From the IMG/VR virus record IMGVR_UViG_2877948078_000002: a stretch of DNA of 46,331 bases. The stretch is one strand, 5' to 3'. The notes under the pieces are model-generated. The model did not search any database. It worked only from the letters and a program-made list of their open reading frames with translations, and was not told where the DNA came from. Made by a program: the position numbers and the translations under genes. How positions within the stretch are numbered: position 1 is the stretch's first letter; every line of letters starts with the position of its first letter. Of this stretch, positions 1 through 8,194 are shown piece by piece. Source of the DNA: a virus. Taxonomy: Duplodnaviria > Heunggongvirae > Uroviricota > Caudoviricetes.

Positions 1-19
1 CTATTTGATAAATATTAAA

Positions 20-1315
20 TTAATTTTTCATTGCTTCGTTATGGGGCATGGTTGGGGCAAACTCGCTTAACTGTGTATTTAACAAAGCTACCTGTGCATT
101 ATTGTTTTCAGACATCCATTTTCCGTATACCTGAAATACCATTTGCGCATCTGCATGGCCCATCTGGTTTGCTATAAATGCCGGGTTAGCACCAGCTGTC
201 AGCGACCAGCAGGCATAAGTATGTCTCGACTGATATGATTTTCGATGGCGGAGTCCGGCACGTTTTATCGCTGCGTCCCACATCTGCCTTATTGAGTCAA
301 CGGTAAAATGGTCACCATAATTTTTTACTCTCGCTGACACTTCAGGTTGAAAAACAAAGGTGCATTTTTGTTTTTCTGTTCTGCCATACTCTCTGAGGTG
401 AACATCAATGATATGCTCTTTGCTCAGTCTTGTTAATGTCATCTGACTCCAGAGAGCGTCGATTGCTGGCTTAATAAGATGAATGACCCGATTGGTTCCC
501 GCCTGTGTTTTTGGTACCGTGAAACGGTCTTTTGCTAAATTTCTCCTGATCATCATTGTTCCATTTTTCAGATCTATGTCCTCCCATCCAAGTGCACACA
601 GCTCACCAGGGCGAATGCCAGTATAAACAGAAACACACCATAAATTTTTTGCTTGCTGATTTCTGCACGCATCGATAAGACGGATAAATTCCTCCCGCGA
701 AAGAGGATCCGGAATGGTTCTTGATTCCTTTAATGGCGAGATCCCCTTAAACGGATTATCTGCCAGGTAACCGTTATCAACACCAAACTGGAACACGGCG
801 TTAAGATTTGTCATGTAATTATTTACAGTTACAGCCGATCTCCCTGGTTGTGTAACAATATAGTTACTTTTGGGGATCTGGTATCCAGTCAGTAGCTCTT
901 TACGAACCTCCAGTAATTTTTCTTTATTAATCGATGAGGCAAGATTTTTTTCACCGATTATGCTCAGGATATTTTTGATGACGGCACGGTATGTGTTGAG
1001 TGATGTTTTGGCGACTTCAGTTTCTTTCAGTGCCAGAAATTTTTCAGCCAGTTCTTTTATGGTTAAATCTTGTCGGGCCTCACCAAATTTTTCCAGATTG
1101 CGTGAGGAGGGAAACTGTTTTGCATAGTCGAAAACACCAGTTTTTATTGCGTAACAAACAGAGGAGCGTAGTTCACCTGCAACGCGCCTGTTTTTTGCTG
1201 TGTCAGGAACCCCCAGATTTTCCCTGACTCTTACGCCTTTATAAACAAACCAGATACGTAATTTCCCTCCATGGTTTTCCACGCCTGTCGGATATTTCAT
1301 TTCAACTTCTCTCAT
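20..1315 (-). CDS. int: Phage integrase, tyrosine recombinase (lambda Int family)
   Basis: 431-aa ORF; C-terminal catalytic region with conserved R...HxxR...Y pattern (…RHTYACWSLTAGANPAFIANQMGHADAQMVFQVYGKWM…); located at the prophage end next to an excisionase-like gene. Confidence 0.9.
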   Translation of the reverse strand: MREVEMKYPTGVENHGGKLRIWFVYKGVRVRENLGVPDTAKNRRVAGELRSSVCYAIKTGVFDYAKQFPSSRNLEKFGEARQDLTIKELAEKFLALKETEVAKTSLNTYRAVIKNILSIIGEKNLASSINKEKLLEVRKELLTGYQIPKSNYIVTQPGRSAVTVNNYMTNLNAVFQFGVDNGYLADNPFKGISPLKESRTIPDPLSREEFIRLIDACRNQQAKNLWCVSVYTGIRPGELCALGWEDIDLKNGTMMIRRNLAKDRFTVPKTQAGTNRVIHLIKPAIDALWSQMTLTRLSKEHIIDVHLREYGRTEKQKCTFVFQPEVSARVKNYGDHFTVDSIRQMWDAAIKRAGLRHRKSYQSRHTYACWSLTAGANPAFIANQMGHADAQMVFQVYGKWMSENNNAQVALLNTQLSEFAPTMPHNEAMKN

Positions 1316-1334
1316 TAGTTAGTGTGGCTTTTAG

Positions 1335-1586
1335 TCAAGTAAGATGACGTCTTGGTCTCGCTGATGCCTGGCGCTCAATCCAGCGATCAATTTCTTCCAG
1401 GTTGTAAAAGCATGGACTGTTATCCCATGGCATACCGTCATGAGCGACATGCTTATATTCCCTTCCTTCCATAAACGATTTTTCCCGGGCCTTTTTTAAC
1501 GTACCTTTTTTTATTCCTTTCAGCGCAATTAACTGCTCTTCGGATACCCATTTGCCGGGAGAGACAATCATGATTACTTCGCTCAT
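1335..1586 (-). CDS. xis: Excisionase-like protein (Xis)
   Basis: 83-aa ORF immediately upstream of int on the same strand; resembles Rac YdaQ/XisR as recalled (…VSPGKWVSEEQLIALKGIKKGTL…GREYKHV…). Confidence 0.65.
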   Translation of the reverse strand: MSEVIMIVSPGKWVSEEQLIALKGIKKGTLKKAREKSFMEGREYKHVAHDGMPWDNSPCFYNLEEIDRWIERQASARPRRHLT

Positions 1587-1658
1587 CGATTTCTTTATCT
1601 CTTACATCAGACGAGCGCCGGTTGCAGAATACCAGCCACAACCGGCGACAGTTGAACA

Positions 1659-4130
1659 TTAAGAATCAGCCTGACTCGGGATCAGTTTTTGCCAGATAAC
1701 TGAAACGTATTTTGCCTGGTAACGGGCGTCATCAAGTGCATTATGGCGCTCACCTTCGAATGGAATAGCCGTTCTGGCATCGAAGTCTATGGCTTTCCCC
1801 AGCTCAACGATTGTGCGTACATCGCGATCGTTGTAGTAACGCCACGGGCAGGGGATCCCCTGCCGTTCGTATGAACGGCGCAAAATCGTGTTGTCGAAGT
1901 TGGCTCCATTTCCCCAAACCTGAACAAAAAATTCACCGGAGTTTTCGTCGATAAATTCCCGCAATTGTAACAGTGCATCATCTAACGGGATTTCATCGGT
2001 CATAATGGCAGATTGCGCTTCGCGTGATTGCTTAAGCCACCATTTAATGGTGTCCCGATCAATGACTCCGCCAGCAGTTTCCAGATCGATAGTCTTACTA
2101 AATTCCGGTCCCATATCTCCGGTTTGCGGATCGAAAAATATTGCACCTATTGAGATGATCGGGGCATCAGGATTTTTTCCCATGGTTTCAAGGTCGATCA
2201 TTAGATGGTCACACGTCCTGCTGGTGGATGTGATTTCGTGATGACCGTTCACCTTAATTGGGTGATCTGCCGTCTCGCCAGTTTCATTATCGCTATTGTG
2301 ATGCTGATTGCCGCCAGTGTTCTCCTTGTGTGGATGTTCAGCGCCTTCCATTTCCTCCGGATCATCTTCCTGAACTTCAACCTGATACTCTTCATCGAAT
2401 GTTTCCTGGTATGTTGCGTCGCCCATCACCGCGCCACAATCAGGGCAGTTGCCGCCGCCGGTCTGACCGCAGGCGGTGCAGGCTTTTTCCACTTCCTGGT
2501 GCGCCACTGGTTCAGGCTGTTTCGTTTCTGGCTCGTTTTGTAACGCATTTGGACTGTTTTGTTCCGCTTTTTGGTAGTTCCGTTCCGATTCATGCTGGTT
2601 CTGGTTCACAGAATCGCGGGTCTGGATCCCCTTAACCCATTTCGGATCATTCGGGTCACTAATCCCTTCAACAAATTCACCACGTGATGCAGCAAGCAAC
2701 TTATCGGCGTCAGGCTGGCTGATATTGGCTGCCTGCATAATTTTGTTTACTTCGTCAGCAGTAACTTTTATCGGCTCTGGTTGTTCTGAATCTTCAGCGG
2801 TATCTACATTTTGCGGTAAGCCCGTGTATGTGCCATTTTTTCGGGCAAAATATTCTTCTTTTGTGATTTCAGTGGCGCCAGCAGCCAGTGCCTTATCCAG
2901 ACCAGAAAGTTTGTTTGCGCGACCGTATTTTTCTCCGTCCTTATCTGCGAAGAGGAAATAGAACGGCCCCTCACGCTCTACAGATGGTTCAGCTTCCGGC
3001 GCGGTTTCATTTTTTGGGATATCAGATACCTCAGTTTCCACTGCATCAGTTTGTGTTTCTGATGACTGGAGAACATCAACAGTGCCCAGGTCTGTTTCTT
3101 CATTTTCAAACACGCCCTTTGTCGTCAGGTATTCGCAGGTATATTTGTTCAGTGCTACGGGATCTTTGTGAATGTCGATCGGACGCTCACGGACAAGGCC
3201 AAAAATAGTTTGGCGGTCGTAGCGAAGGGCATCAGGCTGTTTGCGCATTGATGCCGAGATACGCTTCCAGTCTTCGCGGTCGTTGTCGATAACTTCTTTT
3301 TTTGCCCAGCGATGGATGCTGCCGTCAATGTTTCCGGCATCCACATCACCAGGCCAGAGAGCGTAGGCCAGTTCGTCATCCAGTGTTTTCCATGTCTGCT
3401 TGTATTCGCGATGAATGGCAGCAATGACCGGGCTGATTTTTCCTGTTGAATTTTCAGTGTACTGTTGATTGGCTCTGGCGCGGGCGAGATCAACAACAGA
3501 CGTGTATTTTCCGGTTTCCTTGCGTTCACCTTCGCGACGTTTTTTCCAGATGCGCATCTCTGCCTGAATTTCGGGCCATTTAGCACCAGGAATACATTTA
3601 TGCTTAACCCACCCAATGGCGTGCAACTTAAGCTCCGGATACATGGCGTTAACTTCTGGCATTTTCATCAACGCTTCAACGATATGTCCGTCGAATGTTG
3701 CCATGTCTTCCTGCAACAATTCCTGTGCGCTAATCACCATATCAACGGTGATGTTTTCACATGTGTCGAACTTAACCATGACAGCGTTCTGTACTTCAGG
3801 GGCCAGCTTGTCAAAAGTGACGTTCATCGGATCGGATTCAGTCTCAACCGGGACAAAAGAAGCAGACTCCTCATCCCAGCGGTTTTCCTGCATATATTCA
3901 GCATCCCATGAATCGAGGGCAGGGCGGGGTATGCCAGGTTTATCCTCGCAGACAATAAATTTATAAGCGCAGTCCTGAGCAGCCGGATAATGTTCCAGGA
4001 ATTGCCAGTGAAATTTTGCTCGAGCACGGCGTTCGTCGCCAGCTTCAATGGCTGTGGCTACAGCCACAGCGCCTTCTTCCCTTGTTGCCAGTTCGTCAGG
4101 AATAGCGGCGCAAATAAAGACTTTACTCAT
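1659..4130 (-). CDS. Large early protein with C-terminal DEDDh (DnaQ-like) 3'-5' exonuclease domain; annotated in relatives as exodeoxyribonuclease VIII-like; occupies the ydfE position
   Basis: 823-aa ORF; C-terminus shows three exonuclease motifs ([30 protein letters not shown]); acidic low-complexity linker and a CxxC…CxxC element mid-protein; no Bet/RecT-like partner gene nearby. Confidence 0.75.
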   Translation of the reverse strand: MSKVFICAAIPDELATREEGAVAVATAIEAGDERRARAKFHWQFLEHYPAAQDCAYKFIVCEDKPGIPRPALDSWDAEYMQENRWDEESASFVPVETESDPMNVTFDKLAPEVQNAVMVKFDTCENITVDMVISAQELLQEDMATFDGHIVEALMKMPEVNAMYPELKLHAIGWVKHKCIPGAKWPEIQAEMRIWKKRREGERKETGKYTSVVDLARARANQQYTENSTGKISPVIAAIHREYKQTWKTLDDELAYALWPGDVDAGNIDGSIHRWAKKEVIDNDREDWKRISASMRKQPDALRYDRQTIFGLVRERPIDIHKDPVALNKYTCEYLTTKGVFENEETDLGTVDVLQSSETQTDAVETEVSDIPKNETAPEAEPSVEREGPFYFLFADKDGEKYGRANKLSGLDKALAAGATEITKEEYFARKNGTYTGLPQNVDTAEDSEQPEPIKVTADEVNKIMQAANISQPDADKLLAASRGEFVEGISDPNDPKWVKGIQTRDSVNQNQHESERNYQKAEQNSPNALQNEPETKQPEPVAHQEVEKACTACGQTGGGNCPDCGAVMGDATYQETFDEEYQVEVQEDDPEEMEGAEHPHKENTGGNQHHNSDNETGETADHPIKVNGHHEITSTSRTCDHLMIDLETMGKNPDAPIISIGAIFFDPQTGDMGPEFSKTIDLETAGGVIDRDTIKWWLKQSREAQSAIMTDEIPLDDALLQLREFIDENSGEFFVQVWGNGANFDNTILRRSYERQGIPCPWRYYNDRDVRTIVELGKAIDFDARTAIPFEGERHNALDDARYQAKYVSVIWQKLIPSQADS

Positions 4131-4223
4131 TTTGTTTTAACCTCATGACAGATTTAAGGATGAACAAATCCCTGCCATTGCTGGCATATAAGAATGAAAC
4201 CGGATATTTATTACGGAACTGTT

Positions 4224-4415
4224 TTAAAGACCTGCCGGGATTTCGATATTATCCTGGTGAATAACTTTATCGACCGGGTAACAGTTACCGGGAATTTTCT
4301 GTTCGGTTGCTGCAGTCATACACTCCTGCATTGTCCTGTGAACACTGACTGCAATATCAACTGGCACTCCGGGAACAAGAAAAACTGTCAGAACAAGCGC
4401 AAATGCTGAATTCAT
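4224..4415 (-). CDS. ydfD: YdfD-like small protein (63 aa) with hydrophobic N-terminus; K-12 homologue reported to cause lysis when overexpressed
   Basis: Internal ATG at 4413-4415 (minus) gives a 63-aa product MNSAFALVLTVFLVPGV…; start overlaps the dicB stop (ATGA); position downstream of dicB as in Qin. Confidence 0.55.
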   Translation of the reverse strand: MNSAFALVLTVFLVPGVPVDIAVSVHRTMQECMTAATEQKIPGNCYPVDKVIHQDNIEIPAGL

Positions 4416-4600
4416 TGTGCACATCCTTTTGGCATCAGACGTAAACGAGCCAGCATTGAAACAATGCATATTTTATTTAATAGCTCCCGTTCTTGTTTTC
4501 TCTTGTTAATGGCATCTTCAGTAAATACAGGGTTACTGATAGTGACACCAATTTCAAAACAACCTTCAGACGTATTAACGTTTGGTAATAACGTTTTCAT
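4412..4600 (-). CDS. dicB: Cell-division inhibitor DicB (MinC-activating)
   Basis: 62-aa product MKTLLPNVNTSEGCFEIGVTISNPVFTEDAINKRKQERELLNKICIVSMLARLRLMPKGCAQ matches DicB as recalled in sequence and length; lies just downstream of dicF. Confidence 0.85.
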   Translation of the reverse strand: MKTLLPNVNTSEGCFEIGVTISNPVFTEDAINKRKQERELLNKICIVSMLARLRLMPKGCAQ

Positions 4601-4769
4601 TATCGCGTCCTCAACAATGAATTTTGTGATGCAGTGCCTGGTGCCTCCAGGTGACGTTAACCAGTTAACAATTAACGTCGGATACAGAGAATCCACCCAT
4701 AACACTGTTTTTGGTTTTAACTGTTCCGCGTGCGCTTAGCCGCATTCACCGCATCACAAAATTCACTTT

Positions 4770-4827
4770 AAAAACGGCGGCAGAGCAGTCACGGAGTAAA
4801 ACTGATACCGCCAAACGTCACCAGAAA
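4770..4827 (-). ncRNA. dicF: DicF small RNA (ftsZ-targeting sRNA) with intrinsic terminator
   Basis: Reverse complement of 4775..4827 reads TTTCTGGTGACGTTTGGCGGTATCAGTTTTACTCCGTGACTGCTCTGCCGCC followed by a T-run, matching the recalled 53-nt DicF; sits between ydfA-side ORFs and dicB as in Qin. Confidence 0.8.
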
Positions 4828-5086
4828 ATTGATAACAGAGGGCGTTGCAGCGGGGTTGTCACTTAAGCGTATGGTCAACCTGACAACTCGGTGTCCTCAA
4901 CGGGGAAGGAATAACCCCGCCATACTTACCGCCGCGCCATTTTGCGGGTTGCCACAACCGGAAGCGCACGGTCGAATTAAATTTAACGACACCGTACAGT
5001 GAGACGAACTTCGCCGTGCGCTTTCGTGTTGTGTGCCTGCTTTTAACCACGTCAGGCGAGGTGGTATCCTTAAAATCACCACAGTT

Positions 5087-5662
5087 TTAAGGATTCATTA
5101 AGCAATGTCGCAACCACCAATAAATCCGCTTAAGAACATGAAAATTGATTACTGGTATAAAGCGCTTACAGTTGTTGGCGCTGCGTTGTTTGTCTTTAAT
5201 GGAACGTCTTTTTTTGACAGATATCCCGTTGTTCCATTGGGTTTTTTGTCCTCCGGCATCTTTTTTATTGGTTTGGGGGAGTGGATTAATCACCCTCTCA
5301 AAGTGAGATTTATTGATCCTGGAGTTTGGACTCGTGGATATAATCGTTCTTCGTGCGCACTCAGTATCATCTTCGACATACTTGGTTGTTTCCTGATTGT
5401 TACAGGAGTCGTCAAGTTCTTCTGATGTAAAACCGCAAATGGGGCACGTAACGGGAATTTTGAAAAGCGTTTCTCCGGGTTCCAGAACAAAATTTTCTGC
5501 GGTCTGATTTTGCTTCTCATATTTGTGCTCCGCGTCATTGTGAGAGCACATTCTTATTCTGAGTGCCTGTTTAAACTCACTGAAGCTGAGAGCTTCTTCG
5601 CCTTCGGCAAGGCCTTCGAAGTATTCTTCGTAAGCCTTTTCCATGATTGTGTCGAAATCCAT
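5087..5662 (-). CDS. Hypothetical early protein (191 aa from MDFDT…), acidic N-terminus with CxxC motif; possibly corresponds to ydfB/ydfC of K-12 in a longer open frame
   Basis: ATG at 5660-5662 (minus) lies 2 nt after the ydfA stop (TGAtATG) with a GGTGAG Shine-Dalgarno-like sequence; C-terminal half is K/R/N-rich and is exactly antisense to a plus-strand membrane-protein ORF, so the true extent is uncertain. Confidence 0.4.
   Translation of the reverse strand: MDFDTIMEKAYEEYFEGLAEGEEALSFSEFKQALRIRMCSHNDAEHKYEKQNQTAENFVLEPGETLFKIPVTCPICGFTSEELDDSCNNQETTKYVEDDTECARRTIISTSPNSRINKSHFERVINPLPQTNKKDAGGQKTQWNNGISVKKRRSIKDKQRSANNCKRFIPVINFHVLKRIYWWLRHCLMNP
5105..5425 (+). CDS. Putative small inner-membrane protein (SieB-like superinfection-exclusion candidate), antisense to the early-left operon
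   Basis: 106-aa ORF with AAGGA Shine-Dalgarno 10 nt upstream of the ATG; three hydrophobic segments (ALTVVGAALFVF; GFLSSGIFFIGLG; ALSIIFDILGCFLIVTGVV); opposite orientation to the surrounding genes, as sieB is in Rac (recalled). Confidence 0.3.
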   Translation: MSQPPINPLKNMKIDYWYKALTVVGAALFVFNGTSFFDRYPVVPLGFLSSGIFFIGLGEWINHPLKVRFIDPGVWTRGYNRSSCALSIIFDILGCFLIVTGVVKFF

Positions 5663-5663
5663 A

Positions 5664-5819
5664 TCACTCACCTGAGTTTCTTTCCAGCCAGCGACGGGCA
5701 CCATTTTCGGTTTTAAACGTTTTGCTTTTGGTATACGTCATCGCGGTGAACGTGCCGTCCTGGTTGGGGAACACGCCACATACCAGAGATTCGCTGTTGC
5801 CAAGATCGATAGTATCCAT
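5664..5819 (-). CDS. ydfA: YdfA-like small protein (51 aa)
   Basis: Internal ATG at 5817-5819 gives 51 aa MDTIDLGNSESLVCGVFPNQDGTFTAMTYTKSKTFKTENGARRWLERNSGE; first gene downstream of dicA on the same strand, as in Qin. Confidence 0.7.
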   Translation of the reverse strand: MDTIDLGNSESLVCGVFPNQDGTFTAMTYTKSKTFKTENGARRWLERNSGE

Positions 5820-5933
5820 GCTGACCTCATTTCCCCTTAACGCCGGGGTAGCGGAACTGTTTGCTGAGAACACCGTGCGGTGTCTTGATGGAAAGCAATT
5901 TAGAATAACCTAACATAAGAGGCAAGTGTTTTT

Positions 5934-5951
5934 TGTTAGATTAGTCTAACA
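5934..5951. promoter_or_regulatory. Palindromic operator TGTTAGA-N4-TCTAACA (putative DicA site) in the promoter region of the leftward ydfA…dicB operon
   Basis: Perfect 7-bp inverted repeat with 4-bp spacer (TGTTAGATTAGTCTAACA) between dicA stop and ydfA start; second copy of the same half-sites at 6445..6462. Confidence 0.6.
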
Positions 5952-5987
5952 AAAAGAGTGGGCGCAACTAATCACTTGAAAAGAATG

Positions 5988-6395
5988 TTATTTTATTGAT
6001 TTATTTTTACGCGCTTTAAGCATTTCTTCGAAGAGTTTGTTGAAGTTTTCTACTCTTGCGCGCATTTCAGACAGCAAGGCTTCCTGCTCGGAAGATGGAA
6101 GAGCATCGAATAATTCGATCAATTCTTTGTGGTTGGGAGTTAGCTCTGTTTCCACATGAAGTTCTTGTGCCGGCACTGGTGCCTTGTCTTCGTCACCAAA
6201 CATTAGCCATGTAGGTGAGCACTTCAGAGCATCCGCTAAAGCAAACAATCGTTTTCCGACTGGCTGGGTTTCGTCTCTTTCCCATTGTGAAATTGTGACG
6301 TGAGCAACCCCAGCGAGGCGCGCAGCTTCTCGTTGTGTTAAGCGTAATTCTTTTCGTCGCGCCAGAACTCGCTGGCCTAGGGTTCTTGTATCCAT
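5988..6395 (-). CDS. dicA: Prophage repressor DicA (XRE-family HTH, C2/cI-like)
   Basis: 135-aa product MDTRTLGQRVLARRKELRLTQREAARLAGVAHVTISQWERDETQP… with HTH motif; closely resembles DicA as recalled; divergent from a cro-like gene. Confidence 0.9.
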   Translation of the reverse strand: MDTRTLGQRVLARRKELRLTQREAARLAGVAHVTISQWERDETQPVGKRLFALADALKCSPTWLMFGDEDKAPVPAQELHVETELTPNHKELIELFDALPSSEQEALLSEMRARVENFNKLFEEMLKARKNKSIK

Positions 6396-6417
6396 AGTTA
6401 GGTAATTCTAATTTTTC

Positions 6418-6445
6418 TTGACTTAGGTATCCCGCGCACAATAAT
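6418..6445 (+). promoter_or_regulatory. Candidate sigma70 promoter for dicC (-35 TTGACT, about 16-17 nt spacer, -10 CATAAT/ATAATG) overlapping the operator
   Basis: TTGACT at 6418..6423, -10-like hexamer at 6440..6446, operator palindrome begins at 6445. Confidence 0.45.
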
Positions 6446-6462
6446 GTTAGAAAAGTCTAACA
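6445..6462. promoter_or_regulatory. Palindromic operator TGTTAGA-N4-TCTAACA in the dicA/dicC divergent intergenic region
   Basis: TGTTAGAAAAGTCTAACA; identical half-sites to the 5934..5951 copy; overlaps the -10/+1 of the dicC promoter candidate. Confidence 0.6.
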
Positions 6463-6475
6463 ATAGGAGGCTTTG

Positions 6476-6703
6476 ATGCTTAAAGCTGACGCAATTACTT
6501 TTTTTGGCAGCAAAACAAAGCTTGCCAATGCCGCAGGAGTGAGACTGGCAAGTGTTGCTGCTTGGGGGATACTGGTTCCTGAAGGTCGCGCGATGCGTCT
6601 ACAGGAGGCATCTGGCGGGGAGCTTCAGTATGATCCCAAAGTTTATGACGAATATCGTAAGACGAAGCGGGCGGGGCGATTGAACAATGAAAATCACTCC
6701 TGA
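6476..6703 (+). CDS. dicC: Cro-like regulator DicC
   Basis: About 75-aa product MLKADAITFFGSKTKLANAAGVRLASVAAWG…EGRAMRLQEASGGELQYDPKVYDEY…; AGGAGG Shine-Dalgarno 5 nt upstream of the ATG; divergent from dicA. Confidence 0.85.
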   Translation: MLKADAITFFGSKTKLANAAGVRLASVAAWGILVPEGRAMRLQEASGGELQYDPKVYDEYRKTKRAGRLNNENHS

Positions 6704-7208
6704 ACAGGCTCGTGAGGCTCTGGATGCCTGGATATGTCGACCAGGAATGACACAGGAGCAGGCGACGATATTAATCACTGAAGCATTCTGGGCTTTGAAA
6801 GAGCGCCCGAACATCGATGTTCAGCGTGTCACAGATGAAGGTGGCGCGGTTGATCAGCGAGCGCTTGGCGTTAATCGAGTGAAGATATTCGAACGCTGGA
6901 AGGCTATCGACACTAGGGATAAGCGTGAAAAGTTCACGGCGCTAGTGCCTGCAATTATGGAGGCTATCCGGATTAATGATTTCAGGTTGTATCGTGAAAT
7001 TAGTGACGGAAAAAGCATCACGTACATGATCGCCGGGTTAAACAAAGAATATGGCGATGTGGTGGAGTCCGGACTGCTTTTTGCTGATCCTGCCGTAGTG
7101 GATCGTGAAACTGACGAACTTATAGAAAAAGCAATTGCTTTCAAACTTGCGTATCGACTGCAATACCAACAAAAAGCTGGATGGAATTATGAGCCTTCTT
7201 TTTGCTGA
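6687..7208 (+). CDS. Hypothetical early protein immediately downstream of the cro-like gene (position of cII/YdaT-like regulators)
   Basis: 173-aa ORF overlapping the dicC end and the replication gene start; no motif I can assign with confidence. Confidence 0.55.
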   Translation: MKITPEQAREALDAWICRPGMTQEQATILITEAFWALKERPNIDVQRVTDEGGAVDQRALGVNRVKIFERWKAIDTRDKREKFTALVPAIMEAIRINDFRLYREISDGKSITYMIAGLNKEYGDVVESGLLFADPAVVDRETDELIEKAIAFKLAYRLQYQQKAGWNYEPSFC

Positions 7209-8154
7209 ACGCCCACTGGTTATAAACACACAGCTTGCGATGAAGATTGGCTTAAATGAAGCCATTGTGTTGCAGCAGTTGCATTACTGGTTGAGAGATA
7301 CCAATTCCGGCATGGAATGTGATGGTGTTCGCTGGATTTACAACACAACGGAACAATGGCTGGAACAGTTCCCATTCTGGTCAGAGTCAACGTTAAAGCG
7401 CGCGTTTGCAAGTCTGAAAACGCTGGGGCTTTTGCGTTGTGAAAAGCTCAATAAATCAAAGCGCGATATGACCAATTTCTACACGATCAACTATGGGAGC
7501 GAGCTTTTAGATGGTGGCAAATTGAACGAATCCATCGGTTCAAAATGCGCCGCTCCATCAGGTCAAAATGACACGATGGAAGAGGTCAAAATGAAACGCT
7601 CCATTGGTTCAAAACGACCCAATGTCATCGGGTCAAAATGGCCTGATGATCTTACAGAGAATACAACAGAGATTACTACAGAGAATAAAAACACTTTTCG
7701 TCCGGAAGCTTCGCAACCGGACCCGCAGACCGCTGAACAGGATTTTTTAACCCGGAACCCCGACGCGGTTGTGTTTAGTGCGAAAAAACGCCAGTGGGGT
7801 AGCAGGGAGGATTTGGCGTGTGCGCAGTGGATTTGGGGGCGGATCGTGAACCTTTACGAACAGGCTGCCAGCGACGATGGAGAGATCATGCGACCAAAAG
7901 AGCCTAACTGGACAGCCTGGGCCAATGACGTGCGCACAATGCGGATGCTGGATGGCAGAAGCCACAGACAAATTTGCGAAATGTTTGGTCGGGTACAGCG
8001 AGATCCATTCTGGGTAAAAAACATCATGAGCCCGTCAAAACTCCGCGAAAAATGGGACGAACTGGTCATCCGCTTGGGACGTTCACCTGTACAGCGTTGT
8101 GTGAATCATATTTCTGAACCGGATACAGAAATTCCGCCTGGTTTCAGGGGATAA
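7189..8154 (+). CDS. Replication initiator / replisome organizer (helix-turn-helix N-terminus, DnaT-like C-terminus); contains the iteron array
   Basis: About 320-aa product; N-terminal region resembles phage replisome organizers; internal SIGSK peptide repeats are encoded by the DNA iterons at 7531..7640, as in lambda O. Confidence 0.75.
   Translation: MSLLFAERPLVINTQLAMKIGLNEAIVLQQLHYWLRDTNSGMECDGVRWIYNTTEQWLEQFPFWSESTLKRAFASLKTLGLLRCEKLNKSKRDMTNFYTINYGSELLDGGKLNESIGSKCAAPSGQNDTMEEVKMKRSIGSKRPNVIGSKWPDDLTENTTEITTENKNTFRPEASQPDPQTAEQDFLTRNPDAVVFSAKKRQWGSREDLACAQWIWGRIVNLYEQAASDDGEIMRPKEPNWTAWANDVRTMRMLDGRSHRQICEMFGRVQRDPFWVKNIMSPSKLREKWDELVIRLGRSPVQRCVNHISEPDTEIPPGFRG
7531..7640. repeat. 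Iteron array (5 direct repeats of about 17 bp, tccatcGGTCAAAATG, period about 23-24 bp) followed by an AT-rich tract: putative origin of replication
   Basis: Repeats at 7531-7547, 7554-7570, 7579-7593, 7599-7616, 7624-7640; downstream 7641..7690 carries three ACAGAGAAT(T)A repeats and is AT-rich. Confidence 0.65.
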
Positions 8155-8194
8155 GTGTTGATTTCAGGTCATGAGGTAATTTTAAGGAGGACTT

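Noticed and set aside
1453-1659. 68-aa minus-strand ORF overlapping the excisionase gene
   Set aside because: Alternative frame overlapping xis with a basic, low-complexity product and no Shine-Dalgarno; the xis frame is the better supported.
4859-5082. Two overlapping minus-strand ORFs (63 and 61 aa) upstream of dicF, possibly ydfC
   Set aside because: Arg/Ser/Cys-rich products in a GC-rich stretch that is more likely the DicF precursor or leader region; I could not match either to YdfC by length (72 aa recalled) or sequence, so no call is made.
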